Part shown: in pieces, positions 26,451-38,874 of the stretch
Position numbering within the stretch: the stretch's first letter is position 1
Layout of the letters: every line of letters begins with the position of its first letter
Source: Mobula hypostoma
Lineage: Eukaryota
Assembly (NCBI RefSeq): GCF_963921235.1
Contig: NC_086097.1
Span: 28,460,001-28,524,000 of the forward strand
Direction of reading: 5' to 3'
DNA: 64,000 bases
Translations under genes and position numbers: made by a program
Notes under the pieces: model-generated
What the model was told of the DNA's origin: nothing
Database searches by the model: none
What the model saw: only the letters and a program-made list of their open reading frames with translations

Positions 26451-27339
26451 TTACCAGAAAAAAACAACTCCTTCCTTACTTAGAACTTTGTCCTGTACTT
26501 GCTCAAGACTGTTTGCACCCAAGCCAGACCATTCTAACACGGACTTACTCACACAGTGGGTGCCCCAACAATGGCTGCTCTGCTTACACTTCATTTTCTC
26601 ACTGGCCCCGCACTCATTTCAACCCGGTGAAAGAAAAATGAAAGCTCCCAAGCTCTTTTTAAACTTTGCGCTGAAGGGCAGTAAGGGTGCAGAGGAGATT
26701 TACCAGGATGCTGGCTGGATTAGAGCATGCTGTGACTATAGGTTGAGCGCACTAGGTGTTTTCCCTTTGGAATGAAGGCGGATGGGAGGTGACTTGATAG
26801 AGGTATACAAGATGATAAGCGGCATGAAAAGTTAGTCAATAGCCAGAACCTTCCTCCTCATGGCGAAAATGGTTAATGAGGGGGCAACATCTTTAGGTGA
26901 TTGAAGGGAAGCATAGGGGAGATATCAGAGGTAAGTTTTTTAATGCACAGAGTGATGGGTGTGTGGAATACACTGTCAGATACATTTAGGATGTTTAAGA
27001 AATTCTTAGGCACGTGGATGAAAGAAAAATGGTGGGCCACGTGGGAGGGAAGGGGTAGATTGATCTTGGAGTAGGTTAAAGGGGCAGCCCAACATTGTGG
27101 ACTGACGGACCCATACTGCGCTCGACTGTTTTATGTTCAAATGTGCTGAACGTGGAGAGGGCTGAAGAAGACAAACTATTGCAAGTCCCTGTCACTGAGG
27201 AATAACCACAAGCAGATAGTGGTAGATCCCATTTGGGACAAAGAGACTAGGTGGGATCCTACCATCCCTGGAGCCTTCAGGGCTTCCGCAGGGCTCAGTG
27301 CTGGGTCAGTACACTCTTTAAGGGAGGGAGGCAGACGTA

Positions 27340-28675
27340 AGGAAATAATAGGATTGTTAGCCTGACTTCAGTGGTTGGGAAGGTATTGGAGTCCATTATT
27401 AAGGCTGAGGTTTCAGGATATATGGGATAAGATGGACCGAGGTCAGTATGGTTTCCTTAAGGGGAAATCTTGCCATACAAACCTCTCAGAATTCACTGAG
27501 GAAGTACAAGATAGGATAGACAAAGGAGATGCAGTGGATGTTGCTTAGTTAGATTTTCAGAAAGCTTTTGACAAGGTACCACACATGAGGCTGCTAACCA
27601 AGATAAGAGCCCATGATAATACAGGAAAGATACTAGCATGGAGGAAGAGAGTGGGAATAAAGGGGGCCTTTTCTAGTTGGCTGTTGGCAACTAGCCATGT
27701 TCTACAGGTGTCAGTGTAGATACACAACTTCTTTTCAGGTTATATATCAATCATTTGGATGATGGAATTGACAATTTGCAGCCAAGTTTACAGAATGATA
27801 CGAAGATAGGCAGGTAGTGTTGAGGAAACATGGAGTCTGGATAAGGACTGGGACAGATAAGGAGAATGGGTAAAGAAGGGGCAAATGAATACAGTGTAGG
27901 GAAGTGCAAGATCATGCAATTTGGTAGAAGGAGTAAAGGCATAGACTATTTTCTAAACAGGGAGCAAGTTCTGAAATCAGAGGTGCAAAGGGACCTGGGA
28001 GTCCTCATGCAGGTTTCCCTAATGATCAGCTTGCAGGCTGAGTTGGTGGTAATGAAGACAAATGCAATGCCAGCATTCATTTCAAGAAGACCGGAATATA
28101 AAAACAATGCTTTGGGCAGATTGCACTTGAAGCATTGTGAGCAGTTTTGGGCCCCTGAAACGAGGAAAGGTGTGTTGCCACTGGAGAGGGTCGAGAGGAG
28201 GTTCATGAACAAGATCCCAGGAATGAAAAGATTAACGTATGAGGACCGTTTGACAGCTCTGGGCCTGTACTCACTGCAGCTTAGAAGAATGAAGGAGGAT
28301 CTCATTGAAACTTATTGAATATTGAAAGGCCTAGATACAGTGGACAAGGGGAGTCTATTTCCAATATTGAGAGAGTTTATGCCCAAAGGGCACAGACTCA
28401 AAAAAGAAATATGCCCCTTTAGAACGGAGATGAGGAGGAATTTCTTTAGCTGGAGGGTGACAAACTGTGCAATTCATTGCAATAAACAGGTGTGGGGACT
28501 AAGTCATCGGGTGTATTTAAAATGGAGCTTGATAGCTTCTTGATTAGTAAAGGCATCAAAGATTACGGAGAGAGGCAGGAGAATGGGGTTGAAAAGAAAT
28601 CAGCCATGATCAAACGGTGGAGCAGACTGCATGGCCTGAATAGCCTATTTCTAGTATACCTTATGGTGCTATGAG
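27340..28675 (+). mobile_element. 5'-truncated decayed CR1 LINE
   Basis: DFQKAFDKVPH, SEVQRDLGVL and LGLYSL motifs; CR1 3' end. Confidence 0.85.
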
Positions 28676-29634
28676 TTGAGAACTATTGTCTAGAACCACA
28701 ATCCCAGTGAGGCAGTGCTGAAAACAAGAAGTTTAAGACTAGAAGCGAGCAAATTAAAAGACACATCAGGAGCAACTTCTTCACACAAAGGGTGGTGCTT
28801 ATTTGGAATGAGCTGCTAGACATATTGAATGAACTGGGCACATTAGGAACATTTAAAAGTCATCTAGGTAAGTACATGAAGAGGAGAGGTCTAGAGAGGC
28901 ATGGGCCAAATGCAGGCAGACAGAACTGCTTGCTGGGCAACACAGTCAACATGAATGCGATGGGCAGAAGGGCCTGCTTCTGTGTTGTATGAGAATCGAT
29001 AGGTAATATTCTGTGCAGAGGGGGAAAACAGCAATGAGAGAGATTAGAAGTTTTACTTCTGTAAACGGGGAGTTTCCTGCTTAGACAGGATGATGTTCTG
29101 ATGTTTAATTGGGGGGGGGGTGAAGTGCTGCGGTGGGGTCAGGTGTTGTTGTAATGCAGTAACACATCACGGCGAAGACAGCAACTATTGTATTCAAACT
29201 TGCATCACTGTCTGAAATGGTTCCAGTCAGCACTAAAAGCTGACTGGAAAAGTTTTCACATAAGTTTCACTTTGTTGACAGAACACCATAGCTGGAAGGT
29301 AATGCAGAACCTGCAGTAAACAGCTCAAGGCATACTGTACGTGTGGTTTCTGATGACACATTACTGGGCAGGTGTGACAGCACTGGAAGATTTTGGGGAA
29401 CCTTTGCAGGAAATGGAAAACTTAGCTGCATGTTCATGAGAATAGGGTGGAAGTTTATTGGTTGGAGACAGCAGAGGGTGTTTAAATTATGATTAGAATG
29501 ATCTGATTCTCTTTGTACAGGGGTCAGAACCTCAGGGCTGAAGACTTGAAGTAACTGCAGGAAAGAATGACGACGATACTGTATGTAGTTCTATTACCTG
29601 CCACAAAAATCCGCTTTATTTGTCACATGTACAC

Positions 29635-30190
29635 AGTTTGGAAGCTACCCAGACAGAACGTAAGATGTTGCTGTTTTAATTCCACTTCCCATTCCCATTC
29701 TGACTTGTCAGTCCATGGCCTCCTCTACTGTCGTGATCAGGTTGGGGGGAGCAACAACTTTTATTCTGTCTGGGTAGCCTCCAACCTGATCGCATGAACA
29801 TCGATTTCTCGAATTTCTGGTAATGACCCTGCCCCCATCCCTAGCATCACTCCCCACTTCCCTCTCTGACCTTATCTCTTTACCTGTCCATCACCTCCCT
29901 CTGGTGCTCCTCTCTCTTCTCTTTCTTCCATGGCCTTCTGTCCTCTCCTATCAGAATCCCTCCTTTTCCAGCCCTTTCACCAATCAACTTCCCAGCTCGT
30001 TACTTCACCACCCCCCTCCCGGTTTCACTTACCACCCTGTGTTTCTCCCTCCCCTTCCCCACCTTCTAACTCTGACTCCTCATCTTTTTTTCTCTAGTCC
30101 TGACGAAGGGTCTTGGCCAAAAATGTTGACTGTACTCTTTTCCATTGATGCCGCCTGGCCTGCTGGACTCCTCCAGCCTTTTGTGCGTGT
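29635..30190 (+). mobile_element. Penelope-like relic (endonuclease tail plus pseudo-LTR)
   Basis: FNSTSHSHSDLSVHGLL; tagtcctgacgaagggtcttggccaaaaatgttgactg, a degenerate hammerhead. Confidence 0.8.
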
Positions 30191-31348
30191 TCCCCTTCAT
30201 TCAGTCCTCAGCTGGGCCGCGCGATAACACAACACTATTACAGCACAGCGTTCCCGGTTCACTTCCTACCGATGCCTGCAAGGAGTTTGCATGTTATCCC
30301 TGTGACCGTGTGGATTTCCCCCGGGTACTCGGTTTCCTCCCACACTCCACTGACGTATGGGTTGGTCGACTGATTGGTCATGGGTGTAATTGGGGTGTGT
30401 GAGCTCATTGGGCTGGAACGGCCTGCTTCCGTACTGTATCTCCGAATAAAATAAAGAATTAAAAATGAACAGCTCATCCCTTATTTTGAGATGGTGGTTC
30501 TTGGCCCTCTCCCTGTATCCGAGCCTGTTGCATCCTGTAGGAATTCCTCAAATTCCAATGAAGTGCCCTCTAACTCTTCTAAACTCCGCAGACTACGGTC
30601 CTAGTCTACTCTGGTCTCTCATCACATGGCAAATACCACCTGTGGAACAAGCTGTGCAACTCTTCCCTGCAAGACAACTTCGTACGATGACAACTCAGTC
30701 CATTTTTATTTTGAGGGGAAGAGACTTGAACTGAATTGTGCTCCCATATTCATATCCTCTTGTAAAGAAGAGCTTTATTTGTCACACACACATCGAAACA
30801 TAGAGTAAAATGGGTCGCTTTTGCATCAAATCAAGTCAGCAAGGAGTATGCTGGGGGCAGCCTGCAAGTGTGGTCACGCTTCCAGTGCCAACAGGGCATA
30901 CCCACAATTACTAACCCTAGCCTGTAAGCCTTTGCAATGTGGGAGGAAACCGGAACACCTGGAGGAAACCCACACGGTCACAATTGGTGGCAGCGGCAGG
31001 AACTGGACCTCAATCAGTGATCACTGGCGCTGTAAAGCGATTGTGCTAGATGCTACACCACTGTGTTGCTCCCTATGCTACAGTGCCACCTAGGGTAATA
31101 ATGGCCAACATACCATTTACCCTCCTAATCGCATAGTGCACTTGCATGCTGCCCTTCGGTGATGTGTACAGGCTCACAAGGGTCCCCTTTGAACTTCAAT
31201 ACAATCTCCTACGGTTTAGCAAGTACTCCGTCTTCTGTTTTGTGCCCTATGATGGATAACTTTACTCCCTTCCAAACTCTGCATCTGCTGTGTACTTAAC
31301 TGCTGGGGGTGACATAGCAGCGTAACACTATTACAGTGCCAGTGACCC

Positions 31349-31742
31349 ATTTCGATTCCACTGCTGGTGGGAGAGACAGATAGATTAGGGATATTTCGAT
31401 TCCACTGCTGGTGGGAGAGACAGATAGATTAGGGATATTTCGATTCCACTGCTGGTGGGAGAGACAGATAGATTAGGGATATTTCGATTCCACTGCTGGT
31501 GGGAGAGACAGATAGATTAGGGATATTTCGATTCCACTGCTGGTGGGAGAGAGATAGATTAGGGATATTTCGATTCCACTGCTGGTGGGAGAGACAGATA
31601 TATTAGGGATATTTCGATTCCACTGCTGGTGGGAGAGACAGATATATTAGGGATATTTCGATTCCACTGCTGGTGGGAGAGACAGATATATTAGGGATAT
31701 TTCGATTCCACTGCTGGTGGGAGAGACAGATATATTAGGGAT
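31349..31742 (+). repeat. 44-bp minisatellite, 9 copies
   Basis: atttcgattccactgctggtgggagagacagata(g/t)attagggat head-to-tail; copy 5 is 42 bp; no spacers. Confidence 0.95.
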
Positions 31743-32074
31743 ATTTAAGAGGCACTTAGGTAGGCACATGGATGTAGGAAAAACGGAGGGTTAAGGGCTG
31801 TGTGTGCATGGGAAAGACTTTTTCCGTGGTTGGCACAACATTGTGGGCTGAAGGGCCCATACCGTGCTTGGATGTTATATATTCTGTATTCTTGTTCTAT
31901 GTACAGTGCCTAATATACATTGAGGGCTGAAGAGTCCGTATTATGCTGTACAAAGTATAACAAGCTGTATACTCTGTGGGCACGAGGAAATCTGCAGATG
32001 CTGGAAATTCAAGCAACACACATCAAAGTTGCTGGTGAACGCAGCAGGCCAGGCAGCATCTCTAGGAAGAGGTA

Positions 32075-32112
32075 CAGTCGACGTTTCAGGCCGAGACCCT
32101 TCGTCAGGACTA
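32075..32112 (-). ncRNA. Minimal type I hammerhead ribozyme motif (sense to the CCDC88C pre-mRNA)
   Basis: tagtcctgacgaagggtctcggcctgaaacgtcgactg on the minus strand; one C>T in stem II relative to the other copy. Confidence 0.7.
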
Positions 32113-34150
32113 ACTGAAAGAAGAGCTAGTAAGAGATCTGAAAGTGGGAGGGTGAGGGCGAGATCCGAAATGATAGGAGGGGGAGGGATGGAGCCAAGAG
32201 CTGGACAGGTGATTGGCAAAAGGGATATGAGAGGATCATGGGACAGGAGGCCCAGGGAGAAAGAAAAGGGAGAGGGGGGAAAAGCCCAGAGAATGGGCAA
32301 GGGGTATAATCAGAGGGACAGAGGGAGAAAAAGGAGAGAGAGAAAAAGAATGTGTGTATATAAATAAATAACGGATGGGGTACGAGATAAATAAATAACA
32401 GATGGGGTACAAGGGGGAGGTGGGGCATCAGCGGAAGTTTGAGAAGTCAATGTTCATGCCATCAAGTTGGAGGCTACCCAGATGGAATATAAGGTGTTGT
32501 TCCTCCAACCTGAGTGTGGCTTCATCTTTACAGTAGAGGAGGCCGTGGATAGACATATCAGAATGGGAATGGGACGTGGAATTAAAATGTGTGGCCACTG
32601 GGAGATCCTGCTTTCTCTGGCGGACACAGCGTAGGTGTTCGGCGAAACGATCTCCCAGTCTGCGTCGGGTCTCGCCAATATATAGAAGGCCACATCGGGA
32701 GCACCGGACGCAGTATATCACCCCAGCCGACTCACAGGTGAAGTGTCGCCTCACCTGGAAGGACTGTCTGGGGCCCTGAATGGTAGTGAGGGAGGAAGTG
32801 TAAGGGCATGTGTAGCACTTGTTCCGCTTACAAGGATAAGTGCCAGGAGGGAGATCGGTGGGGAGGGATGGGGGGGGGGACGAATGGACAAGGGAGTCGC
32901 GTAGGGAGCGATCCCTGCGGAAAGCGGGGGGGGGTAAGGGAAAGATGTGCTTAGTGGTGGGATCCCGTTTGAGGTGGCGGAAGTTACGGAGAATTATATG
33001 TTGGACCCAGAGGCTGGTGGGGTGGTAGGTGAGGACAAGGGGAACCCTATTCCTAGTGGGGTGGCGGGAGGATGGAGTGAGAGCAGATGTGCATGAAATG
33101 GGGGAGATGCGTTTGAGAGCAGAGTTGATGGTGGAGGAAGGGAAGCCCCTTTCTTTAAAAAAGGACATCTCCTTCATCCTGGAATGAAAAGCCTCATCCT
33201 GAGAGCAGATGCAGTGGAGACAGAGGAATTGCGAGAAGGGGATGGCATTTTTGCAAGAGACAGGGTGAGAAGAGGAATAGTCCAGATAGCTGTGAGAGTC
33301 CGTAGGCTTATAGTAGACATCAGTAGATAAGCTGTCTCCAGAGATAGAGACAGAAAGATCCAGAAAAAGGAGGGAGGTGTCAGAAAATGGACCAGGTAAA
33401 CTTGAGGGCAGGGTGAAAGTTGGAGGCAAAGTTAATAAAGTCAACGAGCTCAGCATGCATGCAGGAAGCAGCACCAATGCAGTCGTCGATGTAGCGAAGG
33501 AAAAGTGGGGGACAGATACCAGAATAGGTTTGGAACATAGATTGTTACAAAGCCAACAAAAAGGCAGGCATAGCTAGGACCCATACGGGTGCCCATGGCT
33601 ACACCTTTAGTTTGGAGGAAGTGGGAGGAGTCAAAGGAGAAATTATTAACAGTAAGGACTAATTCCACTAGACAGATCAGAGTGGTGGTAGAGGGGAACT
33701 GATTAGGTCTGGAATCCAAAAAGAAGTGGAGAGCTTTGAGACCTTCCTGATGGGGGATGGAAGTATATAGGGACTGGACATCCATGGTGAAAATAAAGCG
33801 GTGGGGGCCAGGGAACTTAAAATCATCAAAAAGTTTCAGAGCATGAGAAGTGTCACGAACATAGGTAGGAAGGGATTGAACAAGGGGGGATAAAACAAGG
33901 GATATACACATTCTTTTTCTCGCTCTCCTTTTTCTCCCTCTGTCCCCCTCACTATACCCCTTGCCCATCCTCTGGGCTTCCCCCCTCCCCCTTTTCTTTC
34001 TCCCTGGGCCTCCTGCCCCATGATCCTCTCATTTCCCTTTTGCCAATCACCTGTCCAGCTCTTGGCTCCATCCCTCCCGCTCCTGTCTTCTCCTACCATT
34101 TTGGATCTCCCCCTCCCACTCTCAAATCTCTTACTAGCTCTTCTTTCGGT

Positions 34151-34188
34151 TAGTCCTGACGAAGGGTCTCGGCCCGAAACGTCGACTG
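34151..34188 (+). ncRNA. Minimal type I hammerhead ribozyme motif
   Basis: UAGUC-CUGACGA-A-GGGUCUCGGCCC-GAAA-CG-UC-GACUG: core boxes, stem I UAGUC/GACUG, stem II, palindromic minimal stem III. Confidence 0.75.
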
Positions 34189-37100
34189 TACCTCTTCCTA
34201 GAGATGCTGCCTGGCCTGCTGCGTTCACCAGCAACTTTTATGTGTGATACTCCGTGGGCCGTAGGTGTAGATGCTGCGATAGTATCCATGCAGGATAAAT
34301 GAAGGGGTGTGGGTCGGCTCTAAGAGAGGGGAATGAAGTTAAAACTGCACGGAAACGGGTGGAGTTTACGAGCAGGATTTTATAAATTGCATACCCATTT
34401 CCCAATGGCTAACTCCCTTGGTTCCAGCACCATCTGCTGGCCCAGTCACAAACTGCAGCTTGGCCCTGCTGTCCATTTCAGGCTCTTCACAAGATGCACA
34501 ATGTTCACCACTCTGCTGAGCCTGTTACTGGGTGGTAAAATGCAGTGAAGACCGGTTCTCAGCATCTGACATACAGAGGAAGGACGTGGATGGCGATAAC
34601 GTCGCTGGGTCAAAGGGTGCAAACCTTGTCGCCCCATTATGGGAAGGATATGGAGAGGGTGCAGAAGATGTTCATCAGGATGCTGCCTGGATTATCGGGC
34701 ACGAGCTACAAGGAGAGGTGGGACAAACTTGTGTTTTTTTCGCTGGAGTGATGGAGGCGGTGGGGAGATCTGATAGAAGTTCATAAATTTACAAAGAGGC
34801 ACAGATAGGATAGGTCGTCGGAATCTTAGTCTCAGGGTAGAAATGAAGATGATGGTTAGAGATGATTACCTTCATTTTGTCACACGTACATTGAAAAAGT
34901 GAAATGCATCGCTTGTGTCAAATCAAATCAGCGAGGATTATGTTGGGTATCAGCGTGACAAAGCATGCCCGTTACAAGCCCTGGAATTTGAGAGGACACG
35001 AAGTACGTGGAGCAAACCAATGTGGTCGTGTGGAGAGTTGACAGTCAGTGGCAGGAATTGAACCCAATCTTACAGCTGGCCGCTGTAAAAAGCACTGAGC
35101 TCACCGCTGTGTTACCACGCCGAAATACCGGATGACATGCATTGAAGGCGAGGTCAGGAAATTTAAAGGAGATGTGCAAAGCAAGTTTTAATTTACAGTA
35201 CACAGAGATTGGAGGGTGCATGGAAGGGAAAGTGATGGAAAGCAGATAGGATGGCAGTGTTCATGAGGCTTTTTGACAGACACGTTAATGTGTGGGGAAC
35301 GGGGGTGGGGGTGCGGGATATGGATCACGCGCAGACAGATGAAAATTAGTTTAATTCATCATGTACAGCACAGACTTTGTGGGCCAAAGGCCCAGTCCTG
35401 TGCTGTACTAAAGCTTGAAGACAAACATCATTCTGAAACATTATATTAATTCAATATAAATTCTTAAATATACATATACATGTAAACCTGTACAGTGGAG
35501 GGAGGGTGTAATTACAGTTTTAACACTTTCCATTAAAAACATGATTTTTCATAGAAGGCAATAATACAGTATGTACAGACAGTACAGATATAGAAAATAT
35601 TAACATATCTAATCACTGTCACATAATGCCTGCAGTTGAAATCACTGTTAAAAATAAATAATTGTTTTGAAAAAATCGTTAAAAACCATCTGGAGCCCAG
35701 TTCAGCAACTGTGCATTATTTGCAAAACTCAGACAACAGGAGTGCTGGAAGCGGTATGCAGACTCAACACGATACAGTTAGTTCAGCAGGGACAGACAAT
35801 CAGCTGCACGCCTCCCTGCCTCACCTCCTCACCTCCCCACTGATACCAGTTATACTTCACTGAAATGATTACCACACATACAAAACTAATGTATCAGTAT
35901 TACTGAGATTTAAAGATAAAGATGAGCTTTAGAAACCTACAGTGAAACGTGTCATTTGAGTCAATGACCAACACAGTCCAAGGATGTGCTGGTGGCAGCC
36001 CACAAGTGTCACCAACATAGCATGCCCACAACTCACCATGAATATAAACTCCTTACAGATGGCGGCAGAATTGAACCCAGATGGCTGGTGCTGTGAAGCA
36101 CTATGCTAACTGCTACGATTCCCACTTACACTAGCGAGCCCTCTGCTGACCTCATTCACTGTCGACAAGCACACACATCATCATGGAGGATCTCAGCCTA
36201 AAATGCTGATTATCTACCCCCCTCCACAGATGCTGCCCGAGTTCCTCCAGCATTCTGTTTGTGTTGGGAGCTGGATAACTCTCAGCATGTCGTCACCCTG
36301 CTTGGAATATTTACTGTATCACAATCGTCTCCGCTGAAAACAAAGTGTTGAATACTTCAGGGCATGCATTTAAGGTGAGAGGGGGAAAGTTTAAAGTTTA
36401 AAGGAGGTGTGTTATAGAGCCGTAGAGCGCTACAGCACAGAAACAGGACCTTCGGCTCATCTCGTCTGTGCTGACCCGTTACTTTGCCTAGACCCATCGA
36501 ACTGCACCTGGACCACCGACGTCCAATTCTTGTACTTGTCCAAACTTCTCTTAAAGGAAGTGCAGGGAAGTTTATTTAAAATTACACACACTGGTGGGTG
36601 GCTAGAATGGGCTGCGAGGGTTTGTGGTGGAAGCAGATTCAATAGTGGTGTTTAAGAGGCACATTACTGTGCAGTGAACAGAGGGATAAGGATTACATGC
36701 AGGCAGTAGAGATCTAGTTTAATTCAGCATCGTTTTTGGCGCAATCATCTTGGGCCTGTTCCTGCACCATGGTATTAGAACATAGATCATTACAGCTCAG
36801 TACAGGCCTTCTGGCCCACAATATTGTGCCAACTCTGTAACCTACTTTAAGGACAATCTAATCCTCTCCTCCCACATAACCTTCCATCTTTCTTTCATTC
36901 ATATACCTATCTGAGAGGCTCTTTAATGTCTCTAATGTATCCTCCTCTACCACCACCCTGGCACCCACCATTCTCTGCATTAAGAAAAAACTTACTCTGA
37001 CATGCCCACTATACTTTCCTCCTATCACCTTAAAATTATGCTCCTCCCCCATAATAGACATTTCAGTCCCGGGAAAAGTCTCTGTCTGTCCACTCTACTT

Positions 37101-38743
37101 ACCTATGCCTCTTATCATCTTGTACACCTGTACAAAGTTCTACGTTTTATTTAGTTAATGCTGTCTCAGAATAGCAAACAAGATTTAGGGTTTAAGTTTG
37201 TGGGCAAGCTGCCCCTCATGCTTTTAATCCTTGATTTTTGGTTTTAGTTTTCAATGCTAACCGCCCCCATGATTGCCCCACACTCTTCACCACCATCAGA
37301 CGAGCTCCACCTTCCCTCAGGATTACAAGCTAAATGACTCTGTTCTCCTCTAAGACATCGGAAGCTGCTGGGAAAGGAAGGGAGATAAAGATAATATCAC
37401 GCCGAATAGAAGCAGGGAGAGCAACGAGAGTGGCAGCAATGGCACATAACAGGACGGGCAAGGAACCGGTCAATCCTGAGACACATGTTATGGAAGAGAC
37501 TGGGGAAGGAGAGCACAAGACAGGAAGCTTCATGGGCAACAATCATTGCATTGTAGCTGGCCACTTATAAGCGTACGTGTAAGCAAAGGTAATGAAGTTC
37601 ATAATTTGGGGTGAACTTTTTGTTTACAGTGAAACTTGTACACTTTGTGGACTGCAGAGAAGGGTGTCACTTGTTCTCACCTTAGTTGTGTGTTGGGGAA
37701 AAAAACATTCACAGTCAAATGGAGAGCTATTTACCCAGCATGCAAGGCACAAGGGAAAACTCTATTCACTGCATGGAGCTCTATGGGCACCCAGTCCTCT
37801 TATAGAGAGGTTTCCCTGTCACTCTGCATGCTGGGTAGAAAGGTCCTCCATTGCATCATAGACATTTGCTTCACCAAATCCCATGCTGAGCCGTATGTTG
37901 TGTATGCCAAGGTTGTCTGTGTTTGTAAGTTGTGTCTGTAGTGTCATGGGTCACTTGTGTGCCTTAGTGTGCAATTAACCCACATTTCTCAATAACCACC
38001 GGTGCCTATGGGCATCGGGTGTGAGCAGTATGAGGAACTGTCTTTCCTGTGGCAATAGCTGTGGAGAAAGTGGATGAGGATCTTTTTCCAAATCCATCTG
38101 GTGAAGGAGGGAGTGGTGTCTGTCCGAGGGAAGGCCAAAGTCCATTCGCTGAGCAAGCACGCGGATGCATCTGTCCACCTGGCAGAGAGTGGGGTGAGTG
38201 TGGGGCGGTGTGTGTTGTCTGTCAGCATTCACTTGTACAAGTTTCACTGTCTAATTAAAAAAGTGCCAGAAGGGACAAATTCAAAAACTAAAAAGTCATC
38301 CCTTTATGACAGTTTTCAGTTCTTCAGAAACACACCGAATTTGGGTTTATAAATGAAACATTAACGCATTGCAGCACAGAAGCGTGTTGTTACTTACATC
38401 TGAAATGCTCAGAGACTCAAATGCTCGGTTTAATTTTGTGTTGCACCATCCGAAATCATGGATGACTGGCTCTACTTTGAAATCATTGGCACCAACGTGC
38501 CAGATGTAGTATTTCAATTGATCTGTTTTAAATTTAATTTTAATTCCTTTACACTTTTGGAATTAGCATTGACATTGACATCATCACAATCTGGTAGGCA
38601 ATGTGGCCCCTGGCTTCTCTCGTGTGCCTCCATTCTGTGTTGCTCTTGGGTGGGGATGGTGATGGGACGCGAGGAATAGAGGGGATTAGAAATTGCCACA
38701 GTCAGAGATGTGCAGAAGTGAATCACTGGCAGAGTCCGACATG

Positions 38744-38874
38744 TCATTGGAAGACCACAGACGGAGACCCCTGGACAGCGAACGGTGTTGGTTGGTTGGT
38801 CGGGCTCAGCGATTTCTCCTGGAGTTTTTCTTTACTTTTACTCCTTAGAAAGGCAAACTTTTTCCGGGTAGGCA
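38744..38874 (-). CDS. CCDC88C: Candidate alternative terminal exon of Daple (phase-1 acceptor, 43 aa then TGA)
   Basis: tttcttttctgacctcacttaag acceptor; in frame with the 42566 donor gives VPTRKKFAFLRSKSKEKLQEKSLSPTNQPTPFAVQGSPSVVFQ*; followed by unique UTR-like DNA. Confidence 0.6.

Larger units (their letters stand above)
31982..34246 (-). mobile_element. 5'-truncated Penelope-like retroelement (RT + GIY-YIG) with inverted pseudo-LTRs
   Basis: FTMDVQSLYTSIPH, GVAMGTRMGPSYA, FLDL..YYKPTDSHSYL, GVIYCVRCSRCGLLYIGETRRRLGDRFAEH; inverted repeats about 32016-32358 and 33901-34246; TSD atactc(t/c)gtgggc; at least two frameshifts. Confidence 0.93.

Noticed and set aside
31349..31742. CRISPR-like regular array
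   Set aside because: Units are head-to-tail with no unique spacers, no cas genes are present, and the context is a vertebrate intron
32428..33968. Active or domesticated RT-endonuclease gene
   Set aside because: 5'-truncated and frameshifted near 33545 and 33390
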